Shown here: one piece after another, positions 17,571 through 27,259 of the stretch
Numbering within the stretch: the first letter of the stretch is position 1
Layout of the letters: every line of letters starts with the position of its first letter
From: an uncultured Clostridia bacterium
GTDB taxonomy: Bacteria > Bacillota > Clostridia > Christensenellales > Borkfalkiaceae
Assembly: GCA_944354035.1 (NCBI GenBank)
Contig: CALVPS010000005.1
Span: 6,537 to 70,536 of the forward strand
DNA length: 64,000 nucleotides
Direction of reading: 5' to 3'
The notes under the pieces: generated by a model
Seen by the model: the letters and a program-made list of their open reading frames with translations, nothing else
What the model was told of the DNA's origin: nothing
The model's database searches: none
Position numbers and translations under genes: made by a program

Positions 17571-18743
17571 TTACAGCCGTGCCACGCCCGTTCTTCTCGC
17601 TGCGGTCTTTACCGCCTCGGCCACCGCGTCTTTTACGCGCGGATCGAAGGAATCGGGAATAATGTAATCGGGGCGCAGCTCTCCTTCGGGAATGACGCCC
17701 GCGATCGCCTCGGCCGCGGCGATCTTCATTTCGTCGTTGATGTCGCGCGCACGCACATCGAGCGCGCCGCGGAAAATGCCCGGAAACGCCAGCACATTAT
17801 TGATCTGGTTGGGGAAATCGCTACGACCGGTACCCATGATGCGGACGCCCGCCGCTTTGGCCTCGTCGGGCATGATCTCGGGAACGGGATTCGCCATGGC
17901 AAAAATAATGGGATCGGGCGCCATGGTCTTTACCATGTCCGCCGTGAGGCTGCCCGGCGCGGAGACGCCGATGAATACATCTGCGCCGCGAATGACTTCG
18001 GCAAGGCTGCCCTTCTTTCTTTCGAGGTTGGAAATTTTTGCCATTTCCGTCTTGATCTCGTTCAGGCCGTCGCGCCCCTCATAGATCGCGCCTTTCCGGT
18101 CGCAGAGAATGACCTTTTTCAGTCCCCTACTCATCAACAGTTTGGTGATGGCGATCCCCGCCGCGCCCGAACCGTTGACCACGACGGAGAGTTCTTCCAT
18201 CGTTTTGCCCGCCAGCTTTAACGCGTTGATCATGGCGGCCAGCGTCACCACCGCCGTGCCGTGCTGATCGTCGTGGAAAATGGGGATGTCGCACACCTCT
18301 TTCAGGCGCTTCTCGATCTCGAAGCAGCGGGGCGCGGAGATGTCCTCCAGGTTGATCCCGCCAAAACTTCCGGCCAGCAGCTGCACCGTTTTAACGATAT
18401 CGTCCACGTTCTTGCTCCTCACGCACAGGGGGAAGGCGTCCACATCGCCGAAAGTCTTGAACAGCGCGCACTTGCCCTCCATGACGGGCATGCCGGCCTC
18501 GGGGCCGATATCGCCCAACCCCAGCACGGCGGTCCCGTCGGTGACCACCGCCACCAGGTTGGCGCGACGGGTATACACATACGAGAGGTCTACGTCCTTC
18601 GAAATTTCCAGACAGGGCTCGGCAACGCCGGGCGTGTAGGCCACCGCAAGCTCTTCGCGGTTGGTAATGGGCGCGCGGGTCACCACCTCTATCTTCCCCT
18701 GCCACTCTCTGTGCTTTTGCAAAGCATACTGTTTTTTATCCAT
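17571..18743 (-). CDS. NAD(P)-dependent malic enzyme (oxaloacetate-decarboxylating malate dehydrogenase)
   Basis: 390 aa, LAVAYTPGVA, VAVVTDGTAVLGLGDIG, FGGINLEDI, NGSGAAGIA motifs of the short malic enzymes. Confidence 0.92.
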   Translation of the reverse strand: MDKKQYALQKHREWQGKIEVVTRAPITNREELAVAYTPGVAEPCLEISKDVDLSYVYTRRANLVAVVTDGTAVLGLGDIGPEAGMPVMEGKCALFKTFGDVDAFPLCVRSKNVDDIVKTVQLLAGSFGGINLEDISAPRCFEIEKRLKEVCDIPIFHDDQHGTAVVTLAAMINALKLAGKTMEELSVVVNGSGAAGIAITKLLMSRGLKKVILCDRKGAIYEGRDGLNEIKTEMAKISNLERKKGSLAEVIRGADVFIGVSAPGSLTADMVKTMAPDPIIFAMANPVPEIMPDEAKAAGVRIMGTGRSDFPNQINNVLAFPGIFRGALDVRARDINDEMKIAAAEAIAGVIPEGELRPDYIIPDSFDPRVKDAVAEAVKTAARRTGVARL

Positions 18744-18811
18744 GATCGTACTGCTCCTTTAAAAAGTTTTTCTTAAATTTTTTTGTCTGTACCACATTGC
18801 CCGCGCGCCGC

Positions 18812-19750
18812 TTACAGCCGCAGATGATCCATAAACGCGCGGATCTGCGCGGCCGAGTTACGCAGACGCTCAAGCTCTTCTTCGGTAAAATCGTAGGGAA
18901 GATACGCTCTTACGCCGGTCGCGTCCAAAAACGAGGGCACGCTGATGGCCACGTCGCCGATGCCGTAATAGTCGTCTAAAACGCTTGTCACGCTGAAGAT
19001 GCTGCCGCGGTTTTTCAGCACGGTCCCGGTGAGCTCCGCGGCGATCGCGGCGATCGCATAGTTGGTGACCCCCTTGCGTTTGATGACCTGTGCGCCGGAC
19101 GAAACCGTTTCGCGCATGATCTCCTCTTTATCCAGCACGATGCCGCGCTTTTCGCAAAACGAATCCAGCCCCATGCCCGAAACGTGCACCGAACTCCACA
19201 CCGCAAACTGACTTTCGCCGTGCTCGCCCGCGGTAAAGCCGTGGATGTTGCGGATGTCCGCGTCCGTCTTTACGCTCAGCAGATAGCGGAAGCGCGCGCT
19301 GTCGAGCACGGTGCCCGTGCCGAAGACGCGACCGCGGGGCAGCCCGCTCTCCTTTTGAATGACATAGGTGATGACGTCTACGGGGTTTGAAACGACCATA
19401 ACGGCGCCGTCTTTGTAATACTTTTTTAAATTGGCCACCACGTCGCGCGCGATGGCAATGTTTTTGGCCGCCAGATCCAGCCGCGTCTCGCCGGGCTTGC
19501 GGCCGACGCCCGCCGTAACGATGGTGAGGTCGCTGTCCGCAATGTCTTCGTATGTGCCGCAATGGATATCCATCGAGCCCATCGTGATCAGCCCGTGGCT
19601 GATATCCATCGCTTCGCCTTCCGCCTTTTCGCGGTTGACGTCGATGATGGCGATCTCCGAAGCAAGGCGCTGCGTCGCAATGGAAAAAGCCGCGGCGGAG
19701 CCGACCGCCCCCGCGCCGATGATACTGACTTTTGTAGGTTTTCTTTCCAT
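18812..19750 (-). CDS. ldh: L-lactate dehydrogenase
   Basis: KVSIIGAGAVGSAAAF Rossmann motif, VVSNPVD, GEHGESQF; start ATG 19748-19750. Confidence 0.92.
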   Translation of the reverse strand: MERKPTKVSIIGAGAVGSAAAFSIATQRLASEIAIIDVNREKAEGEAMDISHGLITMGSMDIHCGTYEDIADSDLTIVTAGVGRKPGETRLDLAAKNIAIARDVVANLKKYYKDGAVMVVSNPVDVITYVIQKESGLPRGRVFGTGTVLDSARFRYLLSVKTDADIRNIHGFTAGEHGESQFAVWSSVHVSGMGLDSFCEKRGIVLDKEEIMRETVSSGAQVIKRKGVTNYAIAAIAAELTGTVLKNRGSIFSVTSVLDDYYGIGDVAISVPSFLDATGVRAYLPYDFTEEELERLRNSAAQIRAFMDHLRL

Positions 19751-19885
19751 AAATCCCTTTCCCCGGCACCCTTGTTCGGGCGCCATCTTTTCGGCGGAAG
19801 AGCAAATGCCCGAAATCCCGCAACATAATTTATTATACCATACAAAGCGGCGTGTTACAAGGACTTTTTTGCAAATTTTTGTGAT

Positions 19886-20200
19886 TTACCGGACATTTTT
19901 TGGCACGCTTTCAAAGAAAGCGCCCTTTCTCCGCGCGGCAAAAAGAAAGCTCCCGCCCGCGTCATACGTTCGCATGAACGCGCGCGTTTTCCCCGCGCGG
20001 CAGAACGCCGCCGCCCGCTCGAACAACGCCGTCTCCGTCACGTCGACGTTCTTTGCGATAAACGCCGCAAGCTCGTCCATCTGCGCCTCGCTTTGCAGCA
20101 TTGTCACGATCATTTTGACCGCCTCTTCGGACAGTTTAAAATCGACCGGGATCTTTATGAACAGTTTTACCGCCTCTTTGTTCTCCCGCGTTACCTGCAT
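19886..20200 (-). CDS. hypothetical small protein (about 104 aa)
   Basis: Only an ORF in the gap between spoIVA and ldh (MQVTRENKEAVKLFIKIPVDFKLSEEAVKMIV...); no recognisable motif; start chosen at an internal ATG. Confidence 0.3.
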   Translation of the reverse strand: MQVTRENKEAVKLFIKIPVDFKLSEEAVKMIVTMLQSEAQMDELAAFIAKNVDVTETALFERAAAFCRAGKTRAFMRTYDAGGSFLFAARRKGAFFESVPKNVR

Positions 20201-20386
20201 GGCCCCCTCCGCAAAGCGACCGGCCGGGCACACGGAATGTCCGCGGCGCAAACCTTCCGACCTGTCTGCGGCCATCATAACACGCCGCGTAAGAAATGTC
20301 AATCCCGCGCGGCAGAACCCCACCCGCGTCTTCGCACCGCAAGCGGCGCGCGCCCGCGCAGTACGGCGTTCCCGATGCCGCGGATA

Positions 20387-21853
20387 TCACAATAAAATAC
20401 AAATGACGCCGCCCTTCCCTTCATTGACGATGCGCGTTACCGTGCGCCGCATCTTCTGCTGCACCGTTTCGCCCATAGCGCGGTTTTTTACGGAGAGTTC
20501 CTCGCCCAGCAGGTCTTTCAGCGTCCGCCCGAACATGTTGGTGTTCCACACGCGCGCGGGCTCGCTCTCCATCTCCTCCGAAAGTTTTTTTACGAACGCC
20601 GCACTCTGCGCCTCGTTGCCCAGCGCGGGACGCACTTCGCCGCTCACATCCACGCGGATGACGTGATAGCTGGGGGCGTCCGCATGCAGCCGCACGCCCA
20701 CGCCGCCGCCCCGCTTTACGACGGCGGGCTCCGCCAGGTTCATTTCGTCCTCTTCGGGCGGGACAATGCCGTAGCCGAACTGCCGGGCGTCCTCAAACGC
20801 CTTACCCACCCGCTCGTACAGTTTTTTGGCCGCGGCAAGCCGCGTACAGTAGCGCATCAGCGACAGCGCGTCCGAGAGATCTTCGCCGCACTGTTCGCCC
20901 AGCACGCCGTAAAATACGCCCTCTTTTGCCTCGGCGCGGCAGCGCACCTGCCCCGTTGCCGCGTCCATCTGCACGTCGCGGGGCGGATCCAGCCGTTCGC
21001 TCTGCGCAAACAGCGTATCCAGCAGCGCACAATCGCTCATCTTGCACAACTTCGGCGCAAGGGCGCGCACTTCGTCCAGCGCCTCTCGCATCGGCGGCGC
21101 GTCCGCCTCGAGAATGCGCATCCAGTCGGGAAGGTCGATATCGACCGACGTGACGGGGAACTCGTACAGGACGCGCTCCAGCACCGCCGTCAGCTGCGCC
21201 GCGTCGGCGCGCTCCGCGTTGAGCGCCACAACGGGCGCGGCATATTTTTCTTCCAGCGCGGCGCGCAGCGCCTCCGCCTCGTCCGGCGCGCGGCAGTTGA
21301 GTACGATCACGTAGGGCTTCCCCAGGGCGGCAAGTTCGGCCCGGGCGCGCTCCTCCGCCGCCTCGTAGGCGGAGCGCGGCAGATCGGCCACCGAGCCGTC
21401 CGTCGTGACCAGCACCCCTATGGTAGAATGGTCGCGGATGACGCGGCGCGTCCCCTCTTCGGCGGCCTCTTCAAAGGGGACGGCATCGTCGCTCCACGGC
21501 GTATGCACCAATCGCGGCGCGCCGTCCTCCTCAAAGCCGCCCGCGCCCTCTACCCAATACCCCACGCAGTCGATCAGCCGCACGCGCGCCGAAGCGTTTT
21601 TGGTCCTGATCTGCGCGGCCTCCTCCGGCACGAACTTCGGCTCGGTCGTCATGACCGTCTTACCCGCGGCCGACTGCGGCAGTTCGTCTACGTACCGCTT
21701 TTTTTTGGCGCCCGTTACCTGCGGGAGCACCAGCTCCTGCATAAATTTTTGGATAAACGTCGACTTTCCCGTGCGAACGGGCCCCACGACGCCGATATAG
21801 ATATCGCCGCCCGTGCGCATGGCGATGTCCTCGTACACGCCGAATGTTTTCAT
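20387..21853 (-). CDS. spoIVA: stage IV sporulation protein A (spore coat morphogenetic ATPase)
   Basis: 488 aa, IYIGVVGPVRTGKSTFIQKFM Walker A and overall SpoIVA-like sequence. Confidence 0.93.
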   Translation of the reverse strand: MKTFGVYEDIAMRTGGDIYIGVVGPVRTGKSTFIQKFMQELVLPQVTGAKKKRYVDELPQSAAGKTVMTTEPKFVPEEAAQIRTKNASARVRLIDCVGYWVEGAGGFEEDGAPRLVHTPWSDDAVPFEEAAEEGTRRVIRDHSTIGVLVTTDGSVADLPRSAYEAAEERARAELAALGKPYVIVLNCRAPDEAEALRAALEEKYAAPVVALNAERADAAQLTAVLERVLYEFPVTSVDIDLPDWMRILEADAPPMREALDEVRALAPKLCKMSDCALLDTLFAQSERLDPPRDVQMDAATGQVRCRAEAKEGVFYGVLGEQCGEDLSDALSLMRYCTRLAAAKKLYERVGKAFEDARQFGYGIVPPEEDEMNLAEPAVVKRGGGVGVRLHADAPSYHVIRVDVSGEVRPALGNEAQSAAFVKKLSEEMESEPARVWNTNMFGRTLKDLLGEELSVKNRAMGETVQQKMRRTVTRIVNEGKGGVICILL

Positions 21854-21888
21854 ACCCCGGTTGCCCTCCGTATTTTTGGCTCTACGCT

Positions 21889-21917
21889 ACTGTATGCCGC
21901 CGCGCCGACGAATATGA
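21889..21917 (-). promoter_or_regulatory. sigma-E-type sporulation promoter of spoIVA
   Basis: On the - strand: TCATATT - 14 nt - CATACAGT, matching the sigma-E consensus (kmATATT-N14-CATACAhT), ~36 nt upstream of the spoIVA ATG. Confidence 0.7.
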
Positions 21918-22004
21918 CCGCGCAGAGGCGATCCGTCCGCGGAACGCGCATCGCCGTGCGGCAAGGGCGCGGCAAAGAGGCATTGCGGTACCCCGCGCGC
22001 GCAT

Positions 22005-22040
22005 GCGGTCCCGCCGCCCCTGCAGGGGCGGCGGGACCGC
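22005..22040. repeat. 36-bp perfect GC-rich palindrome
   Basis: gcggtcccgccgcccctg|caggggcggcgggaccgc, 18+18 perfect, in the divergent spoIVA/rarA intergenic region. Confidence 0.9.
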
Positions 22041-22082
22041 GGCAAAGGGACAAAACGGCATAAACATACGTTTGCAGTTTGT

Positions 22083-22111
22083 TTGACATTTTTTTAAAAA
22101 GCGGGTATAAT
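22083..22111 (+). promoter_or_regulatory. sigma-A consensus promoter of rarA
   Basis: TTGACA (22083-22088) - 17 nt - TATAAT (22106-22111). Confidence 0.7.
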
Positions 22112-22181
22112 CATCCATATCGCCATATACGGAAAAACGGCTTGCCTGCGGGCGAATCCCGCCGTTTTTCGGGGAGCGCTC

Positions 22182-23501
22182 ATGCAGGAACAGCAAACAC
22201 TTTTTGACCGCGAAACGGCGCAGCCGCTGGCGGCAAGACTGCGGCCGCGCACGCTGGAGGAATACTGCGGCCAAAAACATCTGCTGGGCGAAGGCAAGGT
22301 GCTGCGCCGCCTGATCGAAAACGACGCCGTGGGCTCTATGATCTTTTGGGGCCCGCCCGGCGTGGGAAAGACCACGCTGGCACGCATCATCGCCCATCGC
22401 ACCAAGGCCGCCTTTATCGACTTTTCCGCCGTGACGAGCGGCATAAAAGAGATCCGCCAGGTGATGGAGCAGGCCGAAAAAAACCGCCGCTTCGGTGAAA
22501 AGACCATTCTGTTCGTCGACGAGATCCACCGCTTTAACAAGGCGCAGCAGGACGCCTTTTTGCCCTATGTAGAAAAAGGCAGCATCATCCTCATCGGCGC
22601 CACCACCGAAAACCCCTCGTTCGAAGTCAACGGGGCCTTGCTTTCGCGCTGCAAAGTGTTTGTGCTGCAGGCGCTGCAGCCCGACGAACTGTACGAGCTG
22701 CTCTGCCGCGCCCTGAAAGACGAGCGCGGGTTCGGCAACCAACGGGTGGAAATTTCCGACGACCTGTTAAAGACGATCGCCGCCTTTGCCAACGGCGACG
22801 CGCGCGCCGCCCTGTCCACACTGGAAATGGCGGTCCTGAACGGTACCTACGACGGCGAAAAGGCCGTCGTCACCGCCGAGACCGTAGAGCAATGCACCTC
22901 CGAAAAATCGCTGCTGTACGACAAGAACGGCGAAGAACACTACAATCTGATCTCCGCACTGCACAAGTCCATGCGCAATTCCGACCCGGACGCAGCGGTA
23001 TACTGGCTGGCGCGCATGCTGGAGGCGGGCGAAGACCCGCTGTACGTTGCGCGGCGCGTCACGCGGTTCGCAAGCGAAGACGTTGGCCTGGCCGACCCGC
23101 GCGCGCTGGAAATTGCCGTAGCGGCCTATCAGGCATGCCACCTGATCGGCATGCCGGAATGTTCGGTACACCTTACGCAGGCGGTGGTGTATATGTCGAT
23201 GGCACCCAAGTCGAACGCGCTGTACATAGCGTACGAACACGCCAAAAAAGACGCCCTTACCATGCTTGCCGAACCGGTACCCCCGGTGATCCGCAACGCA
23301 CCCACAAAGCTGATGAAGGAACTCGGCTACGGCAAGGGGTATCAGTACGCGCACGACACAAAAGAAAAACTGACCGATATGCAGTGTCTGCCCGACAGCC
23401 TGGCAGGAAGGGAATACTACCACCCCACCGAAGAGGGCGTGGAAAGCCGCTACAAGACCCGCCTGCAGGAAATAAAAAATTGGAAAAAGAACCGTTCGTA
23501 G
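22182..23501 (+). CDS. rarA: replication-associated recombination protein A (AAA+ ATPase)
   Basis: 439 aa, FWGPPGVGKTTLA Walker A, LFVDEIHRFNK, MgsA C-terminal region (LISALHKSMRNSDPDAAVYWLARM). Confidence 0.93.
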   Translation: MQEQQTLFDRETAQPLAARLRPRTLEEYCGQKHLLGEGKVLRRLIENDAVGSMIFWGPPGVGKTTLARIIAHRTKAAFIDFSAVTSGIKEIRQVMEQAEKNRRFGEKTILFVDEIHRFNKAQQDAFLPYVEKGSIILIGATTENPSFEVNGALLSRCKVFVLQALQPDELYELLCRALKDERGFGNQRVEISDDLLKTIAAFANGDARAALSTLEMAVLNGTYDGEKAVVTAETVEQCTSEKSLLYDKNGEEHYNLISALHKSMRNSDPDAAVYWLARMLEAGEDPLYVARRVTRFASEDVGLADPRALEIAVAAYQACHLIGMPECSVHLTQAVVYMSMAPKSNALYIAYEHAKKDALTMLAEPVPPVIRNAPTKLMKELGYGKGYQYAHDTKEKLTDMQCLPDSLAGREYYHPTEEGVESRYKTRLQEIKNWKKNRS

Positions 23502-23637
23502 GCGTTCCGCGCTGCGGACGGCACGCAAAAGCGATCAAATCACTTGCTTCCCGCCCGCGCTTGTGATATACTTGTTACAAAATTTTTCCTTTACCGCTGC
23601 ACCAAGGACGGCCGCGCGCCCCGCGCGCAAACTTTGT

Positions 23638-24318
23638 ATGGCTACACTCACCCCCTATTTCGGAAAAAATTTAAAGGCGTTGCGCATAAAGTGCGGGCTC
23701 ACCCAAACGCAGGTCGCCGACGAGCTGCGCGTTGTACGGCAGGCGGTCTCCAATTGGGAGAACGGCAAGACGCAGCCGCCCGTACCCGTCATGCAAAAGC
23801 TCTCCGTCCTATACGGCGTGCCGCTGAACGAACTTGCAGAACTGTGCTACCCCTCCCTGGCGGCAGACAAACCGCAGGCGGATCCCGCCGAACGGGCGCA
23901 ACCGTGCGGCATGCCCGCGATCATCGGTTCGGGTACGGACATGCCCCGGGCAGAGACGGCAGCGGCAGATGCATGCCCCGCCCGCGCGGATACGGCCGAA
24001 CAGACGGCGGCGCCCACCTTTCCGGCCGACCTGCGCCCGCCTTGCGGCGCAAAAACGTCGCAGTTCGCCCGCATCAAAACGACAGCGCATCTTATTGCAT
24101 GCATTACGGCGGCCGTACTGTACCTTGTGGGCGTGCTGCTGTTCGCCATCCCGCTCAACGATTCTTCCGTCGTTCTGTTAAAACTCGGCACGGGCGGCGT
24201 GCTGCTGCAGACCGGTGTATGGACGGTGGCCGTACTGCTGACGGTGCTGCTGATCGTCTTCCCCGCGGTCCTTGCGGCCATCGGTCTGCACGGCAAAACA
24301 AAACGCATATCAAAATAA
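23638..24318 (+). CDS. membrane-anchored XRE-family helix-turn-helix protein
   Basis: N-terminal HTH (LRIKCGLTQTQVADELRVVRQAVSNWENGKTQP), Pro/Ala-rich linker, two C-terminal hydrophobic helices; ATG at 23638. Confidence 0.75.
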   Translation: MATLTPYFGKNLKALRIKCGLTQTQVADELRVVRQAVSNWENGKTQPPVPVMQKLSVLYGVPLNELAELCYPSLAADKPQADPAERAQPCGMPAIIGSGTDMPRAETAAADACPARADTAEQTAAPTFPADLRPPCGAKTSQFARIKTTAHLIACITAAVLYLVGVLLFAIPLNDSSVVLLKLGTGGVLLQTGVWTVAVLLTVLLIVFPAVLAAIGLHGKTKRISK

Positions 24319-24333
24319 CATAAGGAGAGAAGT

Positions 24334-24861
24334 ATGAACACCGTTTGCACGCTGCTTTTTTGCACCTGCATGTTTTGCAACATCGCCTGCGCCCCCGCAG
24401 AGCTTGCCCCCGCCGCGGCGGAGCAGGAACCCGTTTCCGTCTGCCAAACGATCGCGGCCGACGCCCCGGAACTGCCCGCCCTTCCCAACGAAGCGGACGC
24501 GCCCGCGGTCGCAGAGCCGCGCCTGCTGGAAACGCTGGAGCTCTCGCTGATCACGCCGCCCTACGAGGGATTTGTTGCCGCCGTCGTCAAAAACAAATTT
24601 ACGCTGTTTTCTTCGACGGTGGAGGTATACCTGTACCTGTACTCCTCCGTCAGCTACCCCGAAGACATCATGGATATGGAGATGGAGACGTGGTCGTACA
24701 TCACCGATCTCGACATGGGCAACACCCTGTACGCCGAAGCCGCCACGCACGGCCAGGCAAAATACTGGGTGGCACGGGCGCGGGTCAGCGTCAACGGCGG
24801 CGACTGGGACTATATGCAGACCAAGGCGTTTTTGTTCAACGCCGACGGCACGCGCGCCTGA
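24334..24861 (+). CDS. hypothetical exported protein (Cys-rich signal peptide, possible lipoprotein)
   Basis: RBS taaggagag + ATG 24334; hydrophobic N-terminus MNTVCTLLFCTCMFCNIACA; no family recognised. Confidence 0.5.
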   Translation: MNTVCTLLFCTCMFCNIACAPAELAPAAAEQEPVSVCQTIAADAPELPALPNEADAPAVAEPRLLETLELSLITPPYEGFVAAVVKNKFTLFSSTVEVYLYLYSSVSYPEDIMDMEMETWSYITDLDMGNTLYAEAATHGQAKYWVARARVSVNGGDWDYMQTKAFLFNADGTRA

Positions 24862-25167
24862 CCTCTTTTCGATCGCACAAAAGCGCCTGCGGAATGCGCG
24901 AAATCACAATGCGCCGCACTATAAGGCCGATCCATATCCACCGGTTGTATATCATATGCCGGTGGACTTTTATTTTAGGGCTTGTTGCGTTTCATAGTGC
25001 CGGCGGCGCGCAAGGCGCGCCCGCAACGCTCCGGCTGCTTGCCGCCCGGGAGCCGCCCCCGCGAGAAAAAGCCTTTCACTATCCTCTCTCTCCCTTACAC
25101 AGAAAGAACAAGGGGATTAAGCGCACCGTTCGGCGCAGTTTTTTGCTCCGGCCCCGAAAACAGCATA

Positions 25168-25196
25168 TTGACACGTTACACCGATCGTGTTATAAT
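25168..25196 (+). promoter_or_regulatory. sigma-A consensus promoter
   Basis: TTGACA (25168-25173) - 17 nt - TATAAT (25191-25196), 35 nt upstream of ATG 25231. Confidence 0.7.
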
Positions 25197-25230
25197 ATTC
25201 AAGGTACGGTTTTGTGCCGCCGAGGAGAAT

Positions 25231-26157
25231 ATGAACAAAAAGTTCAGGGCATTTTTTGAAGCATACGGCATGCAGACAGAAAAAAACAGGGCCTACGGCA
25301 TTGTCCGCGGATACGAGATGAACGCACTGTTCCGTCCGCTGGCGTTTGCGGCTCCCCTTCGCATCCATATCTCGTGCCACATGTCCGACGAACAAAAGGC
25401 AAACGCACTTGCCGCCCTGCAGCGGGCGGCCGTCCCCTTTGTAAGCGCACAGTTTACGCCGTACGGACTTTTGTTGGGCATGAACGACTGGACGTCCGGA
25501 CGGCTGTTAAAGCGTCTGCCCGCGATCATGGACCTCGTGTTCGGCATACTCGCCGAACAGGATGCCGCGGGCGCAGACCGCTGCCCGCTCTGCGGCGGTC
25601 TGTTCGAACGAGACGCCGCACTGCACACGATCGACGGCTGCACGCTGCGGCTGGACGACGGGTGCCTCTCCTCGGTAAACGCCGCCATCGACGCACAGAA
25701 CCGCGACTACGAAGCGGCGCCCAACAATTACCTACAGGGATTTTGGGGCGCGTTTATCGGCGGGCTGGCGGGCATTGTCTGCGCCATCGTTTTGTACTTT
25801 GTGGGGTTTATTTCGGCGATCTCCTCGGTCGTGGCCGTCTCGCTCGGCGCCTTTCTATACCAAAAATTCCACGGAAAACCCAACATCGGCATGCTCGTCA
25901 TCGTATCGCTGACCTCCATCGTTATGATGGGGCTCTCGATCTTTTTGATCTATTTGATCGCCGCCGGCGTCGCCGCCAACGCGGCGGGCTTTACCATCGG
26001 CGCCATGGACGCCCTGCGCGTCGCCATGGCGGATGACGAATTCAAACGCTATTTTTACACCGACCTCATTCTTACCCTCGTCTTTTCACTGCTGGGAACG
26101 GGCCTTGTCGCCGCGGAACTGTTTATAAAGTTCAGACGCCCGAAAAACATCCGCTGA
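25231..26157 (+). CDS. hypothetical membrane protein: soluble N-domain with CxxC (CPLCGG) element and about four C-terminal TM helices
   Basis: GAGGAG RBS + ATG 25231 (ORF-track start at 24982 rejected); hydrophobic C-terminal half. Confidence 0.6.
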   Translation: MNKKFRAFFEAYGMQTEKNRAYGIVRGYEMNALFRPLAFAAPLRIHISCHMSDEQKANALAALQRAAVPFVSAQFTPYGLLLGMNDWTSGRLLKRLPAIMDLVFGILAEQDAAGADRCPLCGGLFERDAALHTIDGCTLRLDDGCLSSVNAAIDAQNRDYEAAPNNYLQGFWGAFIGGLAGIVCAIVLYFVGFISAISSVVAVSLGAFLYQKFHGKPNIGMLVIVSLTSIVMMGLSIFLIYLIAAGVAANAAGFTIGAMDALRVAMADDEFKRYFYTDLILTLVFSLLGTGLVAAELFIKFRRPKNIR

Positions 26158-26400
26158 CGCGGCAAGGCGTTCGAAGCGCTCCGTTTTATGACGCACGGGC
26201 GTACGGAGCGCGGCCGGCGCTGCGATGCACACGCCACGTCCCGGCCGGCACGCAGACCGCGAAAGTTCGTCTTCCCTGCGAACCTCCCTTTTATGCCAAC
26301 GACCGCCGCCGGAATACCGGCGGCGGTCGTTTATTGGTCGTATCCTCTTAAAATCTCCCGCGGCGCCTCTTTGGGCCGCCGCAAAGAGCGATATCGCCGT

Positions 26401-27231
26401 TCAGGCGTCCGATTTTTTATCGAGATCGGGCGGCAGCTGCGATTGCGCCACGATCTCTTTATAGTATGCGTCCTCCGAAAAATCACGCGGCGTGTTATAT
26501 TCGCCGCCCAATGCCTCGATCGCGTACTTCAGCTCGCGGTATTCCAAAAAGTTGATATCCTCGCGCGCGATATACTCCAACAGCACGGGCAGCGCGCGCT
26601 CGTCGCCGTATGCGGCCAAATAGCTTGCATGCATGGGGAGCTCGTCCCCCTCGCGGAAGGCGCGCATCAGCAGTTCGTACACGCGCTCGTCCCGTCCCTT
26701 GCAGCGCGACAAGATCTCCAGCATCATTTCGCGCTCGCAGCCCCGATCGTACAGGGCAAGCGCCTGCTCTTTGGCGGCGTCGGCGTTCTGCTTCAGCTGC
26801 TCGCACACCGCCTCCTTTATGTCGGCGGAGGCGCCGCCGCACAGCAGTTGAAAATAGGCGGGAAAGGCCCGCGCGTCCCCGCCCGCAAGATTGACGGCGA
26901 GCGTCAAAATTTCTTCGTCCGTGCGCGAAAGCAGCCCGATGAGCGCCTCGGAACACCCGCGCGACTCGATCTCGCGGCACAAAAAGTCGGAGACGGGAAC
27001 CCCCTCTTTGATATGCCGCTCCAAAGTTTGAACAAGCTCTTCGTCCGACATTTCGCCGTAATACCCCTTCGGCGTGTTGTCCGCGCGCGCCACATAGGTA
27101 TCGCCGAACTGCCGGTATAGCTTGGGAATCAGGTTTTCCCACTGTTTTTCGGTGTACTTTCCGGCATTCGTCTGCATGTATTCGGCCAGTTTTTCGTCGA
27201 ACAGACCGTCGAAATCGATCAGTTTTTTCAT
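26401..27231 (-). CDS. hypothetical alpha-helical (HEAT/ARM-like) protein
   Basis: 276 aa, helical-repeat-like composition, RBS GAGGGAG before ATG 27229-27231; no specific family recognised. Confidence 0.55.
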   Translation of the reverse strand: MKKLIDFDGLFDEKLAEYMQTNAGKYTEKQWENLIPKLYRQFGDTYVARADNTPKGYYGEMSDEELVQTLERHIKEGVPVSDFLCREIESRGCSEALIGLLSRTDEEILTLAVNLAGGDARAFPAYFQLLCGGASADIKEAVCEQLKQNADAAKEQALALYDRGCEREMMLEILSRCKGRDERVYELLMRAFREGDELPMHASYLAAYGDERALPVLLEYIAREDINFLEYRELKYAIEALGGEYNTPRDFSEDAYYKEIVAQSQLPPDLDKKSDA

Positions 27232-27259
27232 GGCTCCCTCCGTCTGCGCCGGGGCGCGT

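Noticed and set aside
17237-17667. ORFs 17237-17476 and 17254-17667 (Phe/Ser/Leu-rich).
   Set aside because: They are translations of the polypyrimidine tract and of the malic enzyme terminator and 3-prime end. The composition is an artefact.
19866-19885. Inverted repeat TCACAA-aaat-TTGCAA upstream of ldh as a possible Rex operator.
   Set aside because: The half-site order and spacing do not match the Rex consensus TTGTGA-N6-TCACAA, and one half-site carries mismatches. It cannot be supported without a search.
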